Shown piece after piece: positions 50,849-51,826 of a stretch of 51,826 nucleotides of DNA. This stretch comes from Candidatus Nomurabacteria bacterium (GTDB taxonomy: Bacteria > Patescibacteriota > Minisyncoccia > Phycocordibacterales > UBA9973). The DNA is taken from NCBI GenBank assembly GCA_016199805.1, contig JACQGC010000013.1, forward strand, positions 1-51,826. The letters run 5' to 3'. The notes beneath the pieces are model-generated. The model was not told where the DNA came from and ran no database searches. It saw only the letters and a list, made by a program, of their open reading frames with translations. The position numbers were made by a program, and so were the translations under genes. Numbering within the stretch: the first letter of the stretch is position 1; every line of letters starts with the position of its first letter.

Positions 50849-51030
50849 CTTTTTTTGTGAGAAGCAAAAATCGCCTCTTCAAACTTATCATTAAATTGAT
50901 AAATTTGCAGGGGCGATTTTTGTTCGCGGTGCCACCCTACTTTGTGCTCATTTAAAACCTCTAGCCTCTTCACCCGCCAAATTTTGACGGCGGGCCCAGT
51001 TGTCAGCTGGCTCAACGGCTATATTTATAT
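50849..51030 (-). promoter_or_regulatory. T-box-like leader (Asp specifier) upstream of aspS
   Basis: The minus-strand RNA contains GUAGGGUGGCACCGCG (plus coordinates 50925-50940). The antiterminator is GGG/UGGCACC bulge/GCG...CGC CCC. The competing terminator is AUCGCCCCU...AGAGGCGAU followed by UUUUU (50866-50920). GAC followed by A sits in a 7-nt hairpin loop (around 51002-51004). Confidence 0.7.
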
Positions 51031-51057
51031 ATTAACATAATTTTTTTCACAGTAACC

Positions 51058-51086
51058 TTGACATACCCTTATATTTATGCTATTTT
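51058..51086 (+). promoter_or_regulatory. promoter of GC-rich unit G
   Basis: TTGACA (51058-51063), N17, TGcTATTTT (-10 at 51081-51086). AAGGAG then 6 nt then the ATG at 51115. Confidence 0.55.
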
Positions 51087-51114
51087 GTGTAAAATTCACT
51101 GCAAGGAGTTCTTT

Positions 51115-51465
51115 ATGAGTATGGCAAGAAGGCCATTTAACGAGACAGTAGTAGGAATGATACAATCTGCGTCAACGAGCGATCTCGAGTTGATTGCGAG
51201 CTTTCTCGTCAACACTATAATGGAGAAAAACCACGACGCAATCGTGGAAGCATGGCGGGTCAGAGGCGCTCAGGATAAGTACGCACGGGAGTGGGTGGAG
51301 CACGTAGCGCAAATTGTCTTGCGCTACAAAGCGGAGATCGAGGCGACGGCGAACCATCCGCAGCCTGTCGTCAGTGGAGGTCGCGCTGGTGCAGCCTTCG
51401 TGAACGATGTTATTATGCTCATCCCCTTCGGCGACGAAGATGGAGACGATTTCGTCCGTCAATAG
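51115..51465 (+). CDS. hypothetical protein (GC-rich unit G)
   Basis: 116 aa from the Shine-Dalgarno-preceded ATG (MSMARRPFNETV...). The longer track ORF would start inside the promoter. GC-rich. No recognisable domain. Confidence 0.45.
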   Translation: MSMARRPFNETVVGMIQSASTSDLELIASFLVNTIMEKNHDAIVEAWRVRGAQDKYAREWVEHVAQIVLRYKAEIEATANHPQPVVSGGRAGAAFVNDVIMLIPFGDEDGDDFVRQ

Positions 51466-51826
51466 CGAGTCCTCTGGGCCGAGAGTCCCGACGATCACTC
51501 TCACAATCGGAATAGCCGCAACATCCGGGAGGAAGTTACGGCTATTTTTGTTTTGGCCACGGCTATCTTACACCGTGGCCCGATTAAACCAATCCCATGC
51601 TCCCATGAATCGGCCTCCTTTCACAAAGAACAAATCTGCGTCGGATTCCTACCACCCCGAATCTTTTTGTGGCGCAGATGTTTTGTATGCCAAACGGACA
51701 ACGCCGCCTGACAGAGTAAACACCTCGTTTGTGGTAGGAGAATTCTTGAGGAATTCCTCCAACAACTTTTGCAACTCTTCTCTCTTCTGACGCATAATCA
51801 CTCCGAAGAACAAAAATACCAACCAT

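Noticed and set aside
51584-51826. 80-aa minus-strand track ORF at the window end.
   Set aside because: It is Arg/Gly-rich shadow-like sequence in GC-rich DNA and is truncated by the window edge. An alternative 48-codon frame (51649-51795) with a GGAGTG Shine-Dalgarno sequence looks better but remains unsupported.

Overview
This is an AT-rich bacterial chromosome segment. By eye it is about one-third G+C, and no rRNA, tRNA or CRISPR array was seen. Gene content and style fit a Candidate Phyla Radiation/Patescibacteria (Parcubacteria-like) organism, which is an inference.

Recognisable genes:
- Translation and aminoacylation: rplI, rpmA, gltX, and aspS preceded by a T-box-like leader.
- Cell wall: mraY-ftsW-murG, PBP2, an S41 protease, and M23, M15 VanY-like and VanX-like peptidases.
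- Oxidative pentose phosphate operon: pgl-gnd-zwf.
- Other metabolism and maintenance: guaC, an aspartase-family lyase, ribE/ribH plus a monofunctional riboflavin kinase, scpA/scpB, pepA, two NUDIX hydrolases and an ABC exporter.
- Surface: a sortase with an LPxTG substrate, and many membrane-anchored or secreted repeat or Cys-rich hypothetical proteins.

Mobile and repeat content:
- One roughly 1 kb IS982-like element with inverted repeats and a 6-bp target duplication. It interrupts a small secreted-protein gene.
- A RayT/IS200-like Y1 transposase gene bracketed by two REP-like hairpins.
- A family of GC-rich multi-hairpin intergenic elements. Two members form a 41/42-nt inverted pair around murG-ftsW-mraY.

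Most unusual observations:
1. At least seven short GC-rich transcription units, each with a near-consensus promoter, a strong Shine-Dalgarno sequence, a 43-152 codon ORF and an elaborate terminator, sit between AT-rich housekeeping genes.
2. The native genes very often have a -10 box only 5-8 nt upstream of the start codon, which suggests leaderless mRNAs.
3. Two paralogous 575-aa Cys-rich proteins with zinc-ribbon modules at both ends flank an M15 peptidase.
4. A 431-bp intergenic locus next to a DUF3800 gene contains a perfect 26-bp-stem hairpin and two promoter-like sites.

All function calls come from motif recognition in the supplied translations. No database search was possible.
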